Counted from the first letter of the stretch, positions 9,142 to 20,089 are shown. The stretch: 64,000 bases of DNA from Lysobacteraceae bacterium (GCA_041395245.1 JAWLAY010000023.1:7351-71350), one strand, 5' to 3'. Numbers and translations are program-made. The notes: generated by a model from the sequence alone, not told the origin.

Positions 9142-9280
9142 GTTCCATCACCCCGAGAATTGACTGCCGGATACCTTACACCAGTGATTCCGCTCGACCT
9201 TACGGCAGCAAAGGGGATCGCACATCGCGAAACAAGGCCAGTTGCGCCAAACTAGCGGTTCTCCGAATGACTGACGATGC

Positions 9281-10990
9281 ATGGTCAACCAGCGCGCCAC
9301 CCGCCTTCCCCTCGCCCGCTCACCCAACGCGCCACGCGATCTCTGGTGGCTGTTCGGTCTCGCCCTGCTGGTGCTCGGTGTCGGCTACGGCTTGCGCGAT
9401 CCCTGGCCGGCCGACGAACCGCGCTTCGCACTGATCGGGCGCGACATCTGGGAAGGTGGTCAGTGGTTCCTGCCGCATCGCGGTCCCGAGCTGTATGCCG
9501 AGAAACCGCCGATCTTTCTCTGGTTGCAGGCGCTGGCTTACGGACTGACCGGCTCGGTTCGCTGGGGCTTTCTGTTGCCGTCCATGCTCGCGGCGCTGGG
9601 GATGTTGGCTCTGCATTTCGATCTGGCGCGTCGCCTGTGGACCCGCAAGGCGGCGTTCTGGAGCAGTCTGGCGCTGTTGTTCTGCGTGCAGTTCAGTCTG
9701 CAGGGTCGGACCGCGCAGATCGATGCAGTCCTCGCCTTCTGCACCACGCTCGGGCTGTACGGGCTGCTGCGCCATCTGTTGCTCGGTCCCGCCTGGGGTT
9801 GGTACGTGATCGGCGGTCTCGCGACCGGCGTTGGCGTGATTACCAAAGGCACGGGCTTTTTGCCCTGGCTGCTGCTCGTTCCTTATCTGTTTGCGCGCTG
9901 GCGCCAGTGGCCCGGTTTGCCACGTTTCGCGGGCGGCTGGCGTTGGCCGCTCGGCCCGCTCGCCCTGTTGTTGCCGATCCTGCTGTGGTTGCTGCCGCTG
10001 CTGTGGCTGTCGATCACCGCTCCCACACCCGAACTGCTGGCCTACCGCGATGATCTGCTGCTGCGCCAGACGGTGACGCGCTATGCCAATGCCTGGCATC
10101 ACCACAAGCCGCTCTGGTACTTCGTGGTCGAAGTAATCCCGGTGTTCTGGCTGCCGTTCTCCGCACTGGCGGTGTGGGCAGTGCCTGCATGGCGGCGACG
10201 TTTGCAACGACGCGATGCGCGACTGCTGCTGTTGCTGTCCTGGATCGCGCTGGTGGTGCTGTTCTTCTCACTGTCGCCCGGCAAGCGTCATGTCTACATC
10301 CTGCCCGCACTGCCCGCACTGGCGCTGGCCTTCACGCCGCTGTTGCCCGGGCTGCTTCGGCGCGTGACGGTGCAACGCGCTGGCACCCTCGTAACCTTGC
10401 TGCTGGGCCTGATCATTGCCGCCGCTGCCGCGACCGCACTATTCGCCCGACCCGGATTCGCGCTCAGGGTGGAAACCGACAACGGCGTCGCGCCCTGGGA
10501 CTGGCTGCTGGCAGTGGGCATGGTTGGCGTCATCGTCAGCCTGATCCTGTGGCGTCGAGGCTGGACTGCCTTTGCCGTCTTCATGCTGGCGGTCTGGTCA
10601 GGCTACGGTCTGTTCGGCTTTCCGCAAATGACCGACGCCCGCTCGGGGAGATCCCTGATGCAGGGCGTGGCACGTCAACTGTCTCCCGAGGTGTCACTCG
10701 GGTTGATCGGTGCGCCCGAACAGATGCTGCTGCAGGCACAAGGCGACGTCCGCGCGTTTGGCTTCAAACGCCCGCTGGACGAACAGAAGGCACTGGCTTA
10801 TGCCTGGCTGAAGGAAAACTCAACACACTGGCTGTTAATGTCGCGCGCCGCCCTGGACCCCTGTATCGAGCGCGAGTGGACGCTGGATGTCGGCATGTCA
10901 AACCGCCGGCACTGGTTCCTGATTCCCCCGCTGGCGGTGGACAGGGACTGCGTCGATGCCAAACGCTATCTCGCCCCCGCAACACCCTGA
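9281..10990 (+). CDS. Second ArnT-like GT39 family glycosyltransferase
   Basis: DPWPADEPRFALI, YAEKPPIFLWL, ITKGTG and HHKPLWYF motifs. Confidence 0.9.
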   Translation: MVNQRATRLPLARSPNAPRDLWWLFGLALLVLGVGYGLRDPWPADEPRFALIGRDIWEGGQWFLPHRGPELYAEKPPIFLWLQALAYGLTGSVRWGFLLPSMLAALGMLALHFDLARRLWTRKAAFWSSLALLFCVQFSLQGRTAQIDAVLAFCTTLGLYGLLRHLLLGPAWGWYVIGGLATGVGVITKGTGFLPWLLLVPYLFARWRQWPGLPRFAGGWRWPLGPLALLLPILLWLLPLLWLSITAPTPELLAYRDDLLLRQTVTRYANAWHHHKPLWYFVVEVIPVFWLPFSALAVWAVPAWRRRLQRRDARLLLLLSWIALVVLFFSLSPGKRHVYILPALPALALAFTPLLPGLLRRVTVQRAGTLVTLLLGLIIAAAAATALFARPGFALRVETDNGVAPWDWLLAVGMVGVIVSLILWRRGWTAFAVFMLAVWSGYGLFGFPQMTDARSGRSLMQGVARQLSPEVSLGLIGAPEQMLLQAQGDVRAFGFKRPLDEQKALAYAWLKENSTHWLLMSRAALDPCIEREWTLDVGMSNRRHWFLIPPLAVDRDCVDAKRYLAPATP

Positions 10991-10998
10991 GTATTGTC

Positions 10999-11742
10999 AT
11001 GTCGACCGCCACCGTACTGAATCTCTCTGTCGTTGTCCCCGCGCACAACGAATCCGGCAATCTGCCCGATCTGATCATGGAAATCGTCACCGCGCTGGCG
11101 GATCGCAGCGATTACGAAATCGTCATCGTCGACGACTGCAGCAGTGACGAAACCCCGCAGGTGCTGAGCGCATTGCAATCGCAATTGCCGCAACTGCGCG
11201 TCCTGCGCCATCTGAAAAACGCGGGGCAGAGCGCGGCGCTGCGCAACGGCGTCCGCCACGCGCGCGGCCTCTGGATCGCCACCCTTGATGGCGACGCGCA
11301 AAACGTGCCTGCGGACATTCCGCGTCTGTGGGACGAGATGCAACGCCGCGGCAATCCGAAACTCAAGCTGATCCAGGGCTGGCGCACCACCCGCCGCGAT
11401 ACCGGACTGAAGCGTCTGTCCTCGAAGATCGCCAATGGCGTGCGTTCGCGCATGCTGCGCGATGCCACGCCCGACAGCGGATGCGGCATTCGACTGGTCG
11501 AGCGTGAAGCCCTGCTCAACGTGCCCAATTTCAATCACATGCATCGCTTCATTCCGGCACTGATCCGCCAGGCAGGATGGGATGTCGACACCCTGTCGGT
11601 GAGCCATCGGCCGCGCGGCGCAGGCAGCTCGCACTATGGCCTGTGGAATCGGCTTTGGGTCGGCATCGTCGACCTGTTCGGCGTGGCCTGGCTAGGCCGA
11701 CGTTCGCGCCCGACCACCGTGCAGGAACAGCCCCGTCCATGA
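10999..11742 (+). CDS. GT2 polyprenol-phosphate glycosyltransferase (ArnC/DPM1-like)
   Basis: LSVVVPAHNE, IVIVDDCSSD, GQSAAL, TLDGDAQNVP and PDSGCG motifs; start placed at ATG 10999. Confidence 0.9.
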   Translation: MSTATVLNLSVVVPAHNESGNLPDLIMEIVTALADRSDYEIVIVDDCSSDETPQVLSALQSQLPQLRVLRHLKNAGQSAALRNGVRHARGLWIATLDGDAQNVPADIPRLWDEMQRRGNPKLKLIQGWRTTRRDTGLKRLSSKIANGVRSRMLRDATPDSGCGIRLVEREALLNVPNFNHMHRFIPALIRQAGWDVDTLSVSHRPRGAGSSHYGLWNRLWVGIVDLFGVAWLGRRSRPTTVQEQPRP

Positions 11743-12497
11743 CCGAAACCAATCCGCTCTGGATCGGCATCGGCCTGACTGCGCAGATCGCCTTTTCCGC
11801 ACGCTTTCTGGTGCAGTGGCTGCTATCGGAACGCGCCCGCCGCAGCCTGATGCCGATTCACTTCTGGTATTTCAGCCTGGCGGGATCAGCCTTGCTGCTC
11901 GCCTATGCCGCGCATCAGCGTGACCTGATCATTGCGCTGGGCCAGATGGCAGGGCTTGCCATCTACCTGCGCAATCTGGAACTCATCCAGCGCCACGAGG
12001 GCCGCCGCCACCTGTTCTTCCTGTGGCCCTGGCTTGGCCTCAGCCTGATCGCGCTCGCGGCGGGATGGTTCAGCCACGCGGCGCCCGTCACGCACGCGAT
12101 CGGCAAGGTCGCGATGTTCTGGATCGTGATCGGCATGGTGGGACAGGTCCTGTTTACCGGCCGCTTCGTCGTGCAGTTGTACTTCTCCGAACGCGCCCAG
12201 CGCTCGGTCAATCCGATCCACTTCTGGTATCTGTCGATGAGCGGCAGCTTGCTGCTGCTCGCCTACGCCATCGCCCAGCGCGACCCGGTGATCATCCTCG
12301 GTCAGAGCTTCGGCATCGTGGTCTATCTGCGCAATCTGAAACTGATCCAGCATCACGAACGCGGCGACCAGCACGGCGAAGAAGAAACCCTCGGCGAAAC
12401 CTTGCAGGCGGACGCGTCGGATGCCGAAGACGCCGAACCGATTTCACCGGAGTCCGAACCGGTCGCCGTGCCGCGCACACCTACGCAGGGTCTGTAG
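11739..12497 (+). CDS. Lipid-A-disaccharide synthase N-terminal (LAB_N) domain protein, two tandem domains
   Basis: Two repeats of F..RF.VQ...SERA.RS..PIHFWY.S..GS.LLLAYA...RD; ATGA overlap with the GT2 stop. Confidence 0.85.
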   Translation: MTETNPLWIGIGLTAQIAFSARFLVQWLLSERARRSLMPIHFWYFSLAGSALLLAYAAHQRDLIIALGQMAGLAIYLRNLELIQRHEGRRHLFFLWPWLGLSLIALAAGWFSHAAPVTHAIGKVAMFWIVIGMVGQVLFTGRFVVQLYFSERAQRSVNPIHFWYLSMSGSLLLLAYAIAQRDPVIILGQSFGIVVYLRNLKLIQHHERGDQHGEEETLGETLQADASDAEDAEPISPESEPVAVPRTPTQGL

Positions 12498-13164
12498 TTC
12501 CCTGCCAGCGGAAACCTACTCCGTACACCGACTGGATGGGTTCACCGGGGAAGACTTCGAGCTTGCGGCGCAGGTTGCGGATGTGGCTGTCGACGGTGCG
12601 ATCGCTGACGATCCGGTGGTCTTCGTAGAGCGCGCGCATGAGCTGGGGCCGTGAGAACACCCGCCCCGGCTTGCCCATCAGTTGCTGCAACAGGCGAAAT
12701 TCCACCGGTGTGAGTGGCACGGACTGGCCGCCAAGACGCAACGCCCAGCCTTCGACATCGAGCTGCCATTGACCACCGGACTCGCCGTTGCTGTCGGGTC
12801 GGCAGCGACGCAGCACGGCACGTAGGCGCGCAGCCAACTCGCGCAGGCTGAAGGGTTTGCAGAGATAGTCGTCCGCACCAAGATCCAGACCCAGCAGCCT
12901 GTCCACTTCCTCGACCCGCGCGGTCAACATCAGGATCGGCAACGCCGAAAATGTCCGTAGCTCGCGGCAGATCGCCATGCCGTCCTTGCCCGGCAACATG
13001 AGGTCCAGCAACACCGCATCCGGCGTGTGATCGCGCACCCAGGCCACCACCTCGCTACCATCGCACAGGACCGACACCGTGTAGCCCTCGGCAGCAAGGA
13101 ACTCGCGCAATCCCTGCGCGATCTTCGGCTCGTCCTCGACAATCAGAATGTGCAATGCCGTCAT
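12481..13164 (-). CDS. OmpR-family response regulator (BaeR-like)
   Basis: ILIVEDEPKI, LLDLMLPGKDG, GADDYLCKPF and winged helix DRTVDSHIRNLRRKL. Confidence 0.92.
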   Translation of the reverse strand: MTALHILIVEDEPKIAQGLREFLAAEGYTVSVLCDGSEVVAWVRDHTPDAVLLDLMLPGKDGMAICRELRTFSALPILMLTARVEEVDRLLGLDLGADDYLCKPFSLRELAARLRAVLRRCRPDSNGESGGQWQLDVEGWALRLGGQSVPLTPVEFRLLQQLMGKPGRVFSRPQLMRALYEDHRIVSDRTVDSHIRNLRRKLEVFPGEPIQSVYGVGFRWQGTTDPA

Positions 13165-14615
13165 GTTGGTGCCGCCATGGCCGGAAGCTGGATATGCATG
13201 CACAAGCCGCCCAGCGTCGCTGGCCGGGCCTGCACCGTGCCGTGATGTGCTCGAATGATGGCCTCGACGATGGACAGGCCCAGACCGGAACCACCCGACG
13301 CGCGATTGCGCGAGCGTTCGCCCCGAAACAGACGATCAAACAGCTTGGGCAGGTCGACCTCCGCCACGCCGGGCGAACTGTCCTGCCATTGCACATGCAC
13401 GCCGGCGGAATCCGTCCACAACTGCAGTTCAATGGTGCCTGGCACATCGGTGTAGCGACAGGCATTCAGAAACAGATTGTCCAGCGCCTGCGCGAAGCGG
13501 CGCTCATCGATGGCGGCCCACACCGGCTGCTGTGGACAGTGCATCTGAAAGCGATGTCCATACGCCTGCGCAGTACCTTGCCATGATGCCGCACGCTCGC
13601 GTAGCCACTCGCACAGATCCTCGGTACGAAGCACGCATTGGAGTTCGCCGGCATCGGCCAACGACAGTTGGTACAGATCTTCGATCAATGCAGACAGACG
13701 GTTGCCTTCGCTGATCAGCGACTCCACCGCCTCGGACGTGAGCGGGCGGATGCCCTCGCGCAGCAGCTGCAGCTCGGTCTGCAGGATCGTCAAGGGCGTG
13801 CGCAATTCATGCGCGATATCGGCACCCCAACGCTGGCGCTCCTTTCGATGCCGCTCCAAGGCCTCGGCCATGCGGTTGAACTGCTCGGCCAGCTTGCCGA
13901 GCTCGTCGTGACGCGCGACGCGAGCGCGCTGACTGTAGTCTCCGTCAGCCAATGCCCTGGCCGCCGCACCCAGCATTGACAGCGGTCGCGACAACTGGCG
14001 CGCCAACGCAAACGAAAGCAGCAAGGACAGAATCAGGACCACACCCGCTGCGAACAGGCCATGGCGCCATTGGGAGCGCAGGAAATCCTGCTCCGCCCCC
14101 ATCGGCAGGGCATCGGGCGGCGCGATGCGCAGCTCGCCGAAGACCTGCGATCCGGACGCCACCGCCACGCTCACCGCGGCGGAATCCAAGCCGCCACGCC
14201 CGGCCACGTAGTTGCCCTCGGCATCATGCAAGGCCCAGCGGGTATCGCCCCAAGCCTGCATGGGAGGTGGCTGTCGTCCTGCATGGGGAGGCGCACCCTG
14301 CATGTTGCGCTGTGGTGGTGGCGGGCCAACCGCCCCACCCATGACGGGAGGTGGGGCACGCTCATCCGGCGGAGCACCACCACGGGCGTAGCGACCGAAC
14401 AACATCGGGTCGCGCCGCAACCACTCCCAGTCGCCGTGCAGCTGGAAATCCTCCGCAAGAACCCCGGCCACCTGTTCGGCGCGTACCCGCATGGCGGCCT
14501 CAAGATAGGCCTTGAAACCGCGCGAGAACGCCTGCTGCTGCCACCACACGACAGCCAGCAGACCGAGGGTGCTCAGCAGGGCGAAGCTCAGGAAAAACCG
14601 CAACCACAGGCGCAT
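13161..14615 (-). CDS. Sensor histidine kinase (BaeS-like)
   Basis: HAMP, H-box IAHELRTPL, NLFLNACRY, GGSGLGLSIV; GGAG ribosome-binding site before ATG 14615; overlaps the regulator start. Confidence 0.92.
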   Translation of the reverse strand: MRLWLRFFLSFALLSTLGLLAVVWWQQQAFSRGFKAYLEAAMRVRAEQVAGVLAEDFQLHGDWEWLRRDPMLFGRYARGGAPPDERAPPPVMGGAVGPPPPQRNMQGAPPHAGRQPPPMQAWGDTRWALHDAEGNYVAGRGGLDSAAVSVAVASGSQVFGELRIAPPDALPMGAEQDFLRSQWRHGLFAAGVVLILSLLLSFALARQLSRPLSMLGAAARALADGDYSQRARVARHDELGKLAEQFNRMAEALERHRKERQRWGADIAHELRTPLTILQTELQLLREGIRPLTSEAVESLISEGNRLSALIEDLYQLSLADAGELQCVLRTEDLCEWLRERAASWQGTAQAYGHRFQMHCPQQPVWAAIDERRFAQALDNLFLNACRYTDVPGTIELQLWTDSAGVHVQWQDSSPGVAEVDLPKLFDRLFRGERSRNRASGGSGLGLSIVEAIIRAHHGTVQARPATLGGLCMHIQLPAMAAPT

Positions 14616-14730
14616 GTTGATCTCCACCGACCGGATCGCCCGAGAGATCACATTCATGGCGCCCACCGACCTTGCGTGGAGTCTATCCAATGCATCGCCC
14701 ACACCGTCTGCTCATCTGCATCAAGCCCCA

Positions 14731-16341
14731 TCAACCGCCACGCACGCCCACCGTCAACGTGGCCGCATAGCCCGCACTGGGACTGCCCGCCACACTGGCC
14801 ATCTGGTAGGCGGTGCCGTCGCTGAACACGTTGTCCTGGGCAAAGCTGGTGACCGAGGTGTTCTGGCCGCGTGAGGCATACAGGCTGCTGGCGTAGACCG
14901 CCTGCGTCACCGCTTGTGGGAAAGCCACCTGCGAAGTGACCGTCGCGCTGCCGCTGAGGGTGCTCAGGTAAACCTGAAAATGGATGTGGGTGATCCGTCC
15001 GGCGTACCAACCCGGATAGATCGTCTGGAACACCACCTGCCCGCGTGAATTGGTACGCTGGATGCCACGCAGGAAGACTTGTCCCGTGGCGTTCACGCCA
15101 CCGGTCTGATTGCTGTAGCCGGAATACACGCCGTCCTTGTCGCAGTGCCAGGCATAGATCCAGGCATCCGCAATCGGGCTGCAACCGTCGTTGATATCGA
15201 CCAGATTCAGAATCAAGGTCAGTGGCACACCCGACTTGCCCTCGGTGATGTCACTGCGCTGCAACGCAGTGTTCGACAGCACGCTCAACAGCGGATACGG
15301 GCCTTGGGTCTCGCTGGGAATCAGCGCGCAACTACTGCCGAAGCTGCAGGCCGCGGGCGAAGCGCCCAGGCGCTGCAGATTGATGGTCCCTGACAGACCA
15401 GTGAGCTCGCCCGCATCGAATCGATAGGTCAGCGTCGCCAGCTCGCAACTGCTGAAACTCAACACCACCGATCCCACCGCTGCAGTCGTCACGCTGTCTG
15501 CCGCATCAAAGCGTCCGCCGATGGTGGCATACAGGGTCAGACTCGCTGATCGGGCACCGTCTTCAAAGTCCCCCTCGGCGGTGAACCAACGCAGACCTTG
15601 CGCACCAGCCGATTGCCCTTGCACGGCGTAGGTGAACCAACCGAAGGCCAGCTTGCCTGCGACCGGGTTCACTTCGACCATCAACCCCTGCCCTGAGGTC
15701 GCCGGGTCGTACCATGCGCCGGAAAATGCATAGTCCGCTTGCACGCTGCTGCTGGCGCCGCCCGCGCAGGTGTTGTCACTCATCACACGTTGCAGGGGAA
15801 TACTGCCGCTGCGGCCGTCATCGAAGGTGTAGTCGAGCGTCGCCGTAGTGCAGTCGGTGAAACGGATCTGCGCACTGCCGACCGTGGTGGAAAAGGTCAC
15901 CGGCTGGGCGTCGAAATTGCCGCCCGTGTTCATCAGAATGCTCAGGTCGGCCTGCGATTGATTGTTCGTCAAGGCACCGTTGAAGGTGTACCAACGCTGG
16001 GCACTGGTGCCGCCTGGCGTGGTGTCGAAGGTGAACCAGGCCCCGGCGACAACGCCAAGATCCTCGCCCAGCAAATCCGGATAGACCTCCAGAAAAATCC
16101 CCTGACCACTGGTGGAAGGGTTGTACCAGGCACCACCGAGTCCCTGACGATCGCTGAGGGCGGCCTTGCTGGTGGCACCGAAGACCGATTGGGCACGCGT
16201 GGTTGTCGCACTCGCCGCCGCCAGACTGGCCACACTCATCGCCCCGAGCTGGGTCAGCGCGCGGCGACGTGCGGGCACCGTCTCCGGCACCGGAGTATGC
16301 ATACGACGCAGACGAAACAGATTGGCGATGGACATGAGCAC
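14731..16341 (-). CDS. Tat-exported protein: two GAWY.P..SGQG repeat domains fused to an intradiol-dioxygenase-like domain
   Basis: RRRALTQL...ATTTRA signal; repeats GAWYNPSTSGQG and GAWYDPATSGQG; C-terminal ETQGPYP...WHCDKDGVYSGY...TIYPGWYAGRITHIHF. Confidence 0.8.
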   Translation of the reverse strand: MLMSIANLFRLRRMHTPVPETVPARRRALTQLGAMSVASLAAASATTTRAQSVFGATSKAALSDRQGLGGAWYNPSTSGQGIFLEVYPDLLGEDLGVVAGAWFTFDTTPGGTSAQRWYTFNGALTNNQSQADLSILMNTGGNFDAQPVTFSTTVGSAQIRFTDCTTATLDYTFDDGRSGSIPLQRVMSDNTCAGGASSSVQADYAFSGAWYDPATSGQGLMVEVNPVAGKLAFGWFTYAVQGQSAGAQGLRWFTAEGDFEDGARSASLTLYATIGGRFDAADSVTTAAVGSVVLSFSSCELATLTYRFDAGELTGLSGTINLQRLGASPAACSFGSSCALIPSETQGPYPLLSVLSNTALQRSDITEGKSGVPLTLILNLVDINDGCSPIADAWIYAWHCDKDGVYSGYSNQTGGVNATGQVFLRGIQRTNSRGQVVFQTIYPGWYAGRITHIHFQVYLSTLSGSATVTSQVAFPQAVTQAVYASSLYASRGQNTSVTSFAQDNVFSDGTAYQMASVAGSPSAGYAATLTVGVRGG

Positions 16342-16463
16342 TCCGACCGTTGGCTAAGGTGGGTTCAGTGTTGCCAACGCGGTGCCGCCAACGATGCAGA
16401 AAATGCGCAGATGAGGTTAGCGCGGCGTTGCGTTTTCCCGCGCTTCAGTGTTGCAAGCAAAGG

Positions 16464-17948
16464 TCACTCGGCAGTGCGCAGGGCGCTTCGGTAGACACCA
16501 GCGTATTGCTCCGCCGCCGATTCCCAATCATGGCGCTGCGCCATGCCGGTCTGCTGCAGTTGCCGCCAGAGCGTCGGTTGGCCGTACAACAGCTCGGCGC
16601 GACGCAGGGCGGCGTCCATGGCTTCGGGGCTGAAGTCGTGGAAGACGAATCCGCTGGCGCGTTGTTCCTGCAGTGCTTCCAGACTGCAATCGACCACGGT
16701 GTCGGCCAAGCCGCCGACGTGGCGCACCAGGGGCAAGGTGCCGTAAGCCAAACCATAGAGTTGGGTGAGACCACAGGGCTCGAACAACGACGGCACGAGG
16801 ATCACGTCCGCGCCCGCGATCAATCGATGCGCGAAGGCCTCGTCATAGCCCAGCCGCACGGCGATCTGCGCGGGATGCGCCTCCGCCATCGCGGAAAACG
16901 CGCGCTCCAGTTCGGCATCGCCGCTACCCAGCATCGCAATCTGCACGCCTCGCTGGATGAGCGCGGGCAAGTTGGCCAGCAACAAGGGCAGGCCCTTCTG
17001 TTCGGTCAGGCGACTGACTACGCTGAGCAACAGTCGATCCGGCGCCGCCTGCAATCCCGTTTCGGCTTGCAGGGCGGCTTTGCAGGCGGACTTTCCTTCC
17101 ATTCGTTGCGCCGAGTACGTCGCGGCCAATGCCTTGTCGTGGGCCGGATTCCACACCTCGGCATCGACGCCGTTGAGGATGCCGCTGAGTCGCTCCGCAC
17201 GCGAACGCAACAGGCCGTCCAGACCCATGCCCTGTTCGCAGGTCTGGATCTCGCGGGCATAGCGCGGACTGACGGTGGTGATCGCGTCGGCCACCTGCAA
17301 CGCCGCTTTCATGAAGCTGACCTGGCCATAGAACTCGACGCCATCCATCGAAAAACAGGCGGCTGGCAATCCCAGCGAGTCAAAGGTCGCAGCGGGAAAC
17401 AATCCCTGGTAAGCCAGATTGTGGATGGTGAATACCGACCGCGCAGAGACACCGAGCTGGCGCATGCAAAGCGGCGTCAGACCCGCGTGCCAATCGTGCG
17501 CATGCACGACATCCGGCGACCATTGCGGATCGATGGCGTTGGCGATCTCCGCCGCCGCCCAGCCCAGTCGCGCAAAGCGCAGATGGTTGTCGGCAAAAGG
17601 ACGCTGCTGCGCATCGGCATAGGGACCACCCGGACGCTGATACAACTCGGGGGCATCGATGACATAGGCGTCGGCGTCGCATGCAGGCAAACGCCCCGCC
17701 AACAGTCGCGCTGCAGGAACATCGCCGCGCGCAGGCAGCCGCGCCACCACACGCGGCGTGGACAAGCCCGCCAGAATCGGCGCGAAGCCGGGCAGCAGAA
17801 CCCGCATCTCGACGCCCTGCGAGCGCAGCGCTGCGGGCAAGGCACCGGCCACATCAGCCAGCCCGCCGGTCTTCAACAACGGAAAGATCTCCGCACACAC
17901 CTGCAACACCGGCAGCGGCGTGGATTTCTTGCGGGCCACCGGACTCAC
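16464..17948 (-). CDS. glgA: Glycogen synthase
   Basis: [27 protein letters not shown] and [13 protein letters not shown] motifs; GTG start overlapping the glgC stop. Confidence 0.95.
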   Translation of the reverse strand: MSPVARKKSTPLPVLQVCAEIFPLLKTGGLADVAGALPAALRSQGVEMRVLLPGFAPILAGLSTPRVVARLPARGDVPAARLLAGRLPACDADAYVIDAPELYQRPGGPYADAQQRPFADNHLRFARLGWAAAEIANAIDPQWSPDVVHAHDWHAGLTPLCMRQLGVSARSVFTIHNLAYQGLFPAATFDSLGLPAACFSMDGVEFYGQVSFMKAALQVADAITTVSPRYAREIQTCEQGMGLDGLLRSRAERLSGILNGVDAEVWNPAHDKALAATYSAQRMEGKSACKAALQAETGLQAAPDRLLLSVVSRLTEQKGLPLLLANLPALIQRGVQIAMLGSGDAELERAFSAMAEAHPAQIAVRLGYDEAFAHRLIAGADVILVPSLFEPCGLTQLYGLAYGTLPLVRHVGGLADTVVDCSLEALQEQRASGFVFHDFSPEAMDAALRRAELLYGQPTLWRQLQQTGMAQRHDWESAAEQYAGVYRSALRTAE

Positions 17949-19219
17949 AGCCGAGCCAGCATGCCGCGGGTCACCAGCACCACACCGTTCGGGCTGCGAT
18001 AGAAACGCTGCGCATCGAGTTCGGCGTCTTCGCCGATCACCAATCCTTCCGGCAGCTTGCAACGCCGGTCGATCACCGCGTTGCGAATCCGGCAATGCCG
18101 GTTGATCTGCACGTCAGGCAGCACCACGCTTTTTTCCACGCTGGAGTACGAGCGCACCAACACATTCGAGAACAGCACCGAATCCTTGATCAACGCGCCG
18201 GAGACGATGCAGCCGCCGGACACCAGGCTGTCGATGGCATGACCGACCCGGCCGTTTGCCGCCTCGTCGTGGACGAACTTGGCCGGTGGCAACTGCTCCT
18301 GATAGGTCCAGATCGGCCAGTTCTTGTCGTACATGTTCAGCTCGGGCGTGACCGAAGCGAGATCCAGGTTGGCCGCCCAGTAGGCTTCAACCGTTCCCAC
18401 ATCGCGCCAGTACGGACGCGAGTAGGGCGCATTGGCAATCGCCGATAGCGAGAATGGATGGGCAAATGCCTGACCCTCCCTCACCGCCTTGGGGATCAGA
18501 TCCTTGCCGAAGTCATGACTGGAACCGGAGGTGATGGCGTCTTCCTCGAGCAGTCGAAACAGATAGTCGGCACTGAACACGTAAATGCCCATGCTCGCCA
18601 GCGCCGTATCAGGCTTGTCCGGCATGGCCGGCGGGTCAGCGGGCTTTTCGACAAAATCGATGATGTGGCGTTCTGCATTGATCGCCATCACACCAAAGCC
18701 ACTCGCCTCGGCGCGAGGTACTTCGATGCACCCCACGGTGACGCCACGTCCGCTGGCGATGTGGTCTTCCAACATCACCGAATAGTCCATCTTGTAGATG
18801 TGGTCACCGGCCAGGATCACCACGTAATCAGGCGGTGTCGAATTGCGGATGATGTCCAGGTTTTGCCAGATGGCATCCGCCGTACCGCGATACCAGTGTT
18901 CCTCGTCGACGCGCTGCTGGGCGGGAAGCAAGTCGACGAACTCGTTCATTTCGTTGCGCATGAAACTCCAGCCGCGCTGCAAATGGCGCAGCAGGGAGTG
19001 CGACTTGTACTGGGTAATGACCCCGATGCGCCGCAAGCCCGAATTGAGGCAGTTGGACAGCGCGAAATCGATGATGCGGAACTTGCCGCCAAAGTGCACC
19101 GCAGGCTTGGATCGATTGTTGGTGAGGTCCATCAGACGTGAACCCCGTCCGCCCGCCAGAACCAGGGCCAACGTGCGCCGCGCCAAGCCGCGACTTCCCG
19201 GATTTCTTAGCACACCCAT
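17945..19219 (-). CDS. glgC: Glucose-1-phosphate adenylyltransferase
   Basis: [38 protein letters not shown] and YWRDVGT motifs. Confidence 0.97.
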   Translation of the reverse strand: MGVLRNPGSRGLARRTLALVLAGGRGSRLMDLTNNRSKPAVHFGGKFRIIDFALSNCLNSGLRRIGVITQYKSHSLLRHLQRGWSFMRNEMNEFVDLLPAQQRVDEEHWYRGTADAIWQNLDIIRNSTPPDYVVILAGDHIYKMDYSVMLEDHIASGRGVTVGCIEVPRAEASGFGVMAINAERHIIDFVEKPADPPAMPDKPDTALASMGIYVFSADYLFRLLEEDAITSGSSHDFGKDLIPKAVREGQAFAHPFSLSAIANAPYSRPYWRDVGTVEAYWAANLDLASVTPELNMYDKNWPIWTYQEQLPPAKFVHDEAANGRVGHAIDSLVSGGCIVSGALIKDSVLFSNVLVRSYSSVEKSVVLPDVQINRHCRIRNAVIDRRCKLPEGLVIGEDAELDAQRFYRSPNGVVLVTRGMLARL

Positions 19220-19342
19220 CGCTTGCCTCCCCCTTGATCCGCCATCGACCCGGTCGAGTCTGGCGCATGCCATCGACGCGACCTTTGCGCGAACGCAAAG
19301 CGATCACCGTCAATCGTCGGCGGAGCATACGCGAGGCCGCGA

Positions 19343-20089
19343 TCAGGGCGTCAAACCAAAGGCGCGCAAAGTGGAATCGGCCATATCGCGCGCCATGCCA
19401 CGCATGGCGGGATCGTTCTGTTCGGCCAGTCCTGCCATCAGCCCGCCAGTGATGACCAGGGTGTCGTAGGCGCGGGTCAGTTCGGTGCTGGACGCATCCC
19501 GCCAGCCATCCGCCTCGCCGAGCGCATCATTGATCGAGCGCAGCAATGCCTCTTCGGCCGCATCGCCCATCTCGCCGCCATAGCGCACCTGGATCGCGAC
19601 ACCGAGCGCCAGCGTCATGGCGTAGGCCAGATTGTTGCGTCGGAAGTCGGGCATGGCTTCGACCGCTTGCTGCAGCGTCAGCGCGGCATCGATCCACTGC
19701 TCCCGCGGGGCACCGCGCAGGCCCGCCGCATCGGCCATCTCGGCCGGTACACGCGCGCGATCACCGCGCGCACTGAAGTCGGTGGTACTCAGCTCGTACT
19801 GCCAGCCGCGTCGGGGCGGTGTCGTGACGCGCTCCGGCATGCTGACCGAGCGTCCCGCCGCGGCCTCGCGCTGCACCTGCTGCATGCTCAGCATGCGCAT
19901 CTGGAAGCTGCTGTTCTGGATCGCCTGCGACATCAGGAAATCTGCATTGGCGGCGTAAACGTTGCTGAACTGTCGGCCGTTCAGAATGTTGGTGTACGGC
20001 ATGTCTTGCGCATGCACGCTGCTAACCAGAAACAACAGACTCGCGACGAGGCGACGCGTGAACCGACCGATCAAATTGCAAGGCGACAT
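19343..20089 (-). CDS. Exported hypothetical protein, helical C-terminal half (possibly DUF6683-like)
   Basis: GGAG ribosome-binding site, signal peptide ending VHA|Q, ...RRNNLAYAMTLAL...; family only tentative. Confidence 0.6.
   Translation of the reverse strand: MSPCNLIGRFTRRLVASLLFLVSSVHAQDMPYTNILNGRQFSNVYAANADFLMSQAIQNSSFQMRMLSMQQVQREAAAGRSVSMPERVTTPPRRGWQYELSTTDFSARGDRARVPAEMADAAGLRGAPREQWIDAALTLQQAVEAMPDFRRNNLAYAMTLALGVAIQVRYGGEMGDAAEEALLRSINDALGEADGWRDASSTELTRAYDTLVITGGLMAGLAEQNDPAMRGMARDMADSTLRAFGLTP

Noticed and set aside
9173-9203. ACCTTAC direct repeat in the divergent promoter between the kinase and GT39 genes
   Set aside because: Only 7 bp with 24-bp spacing, which does not fit OmpR-family tandem sites.
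16350-18002. Long antisense ORFs (also 40278-42269, 57658-59409, 62490-63902, 45195-46412)
   Set aside because: Shadow frames of well-supported genes, expected at this GC content; no motifs of their own.
16464-19219. glgC-glgA without glgB/glgX/glgP nearby
   Set aside because: Split glycogen gene clusters are common; the other genes may be elsewhere.
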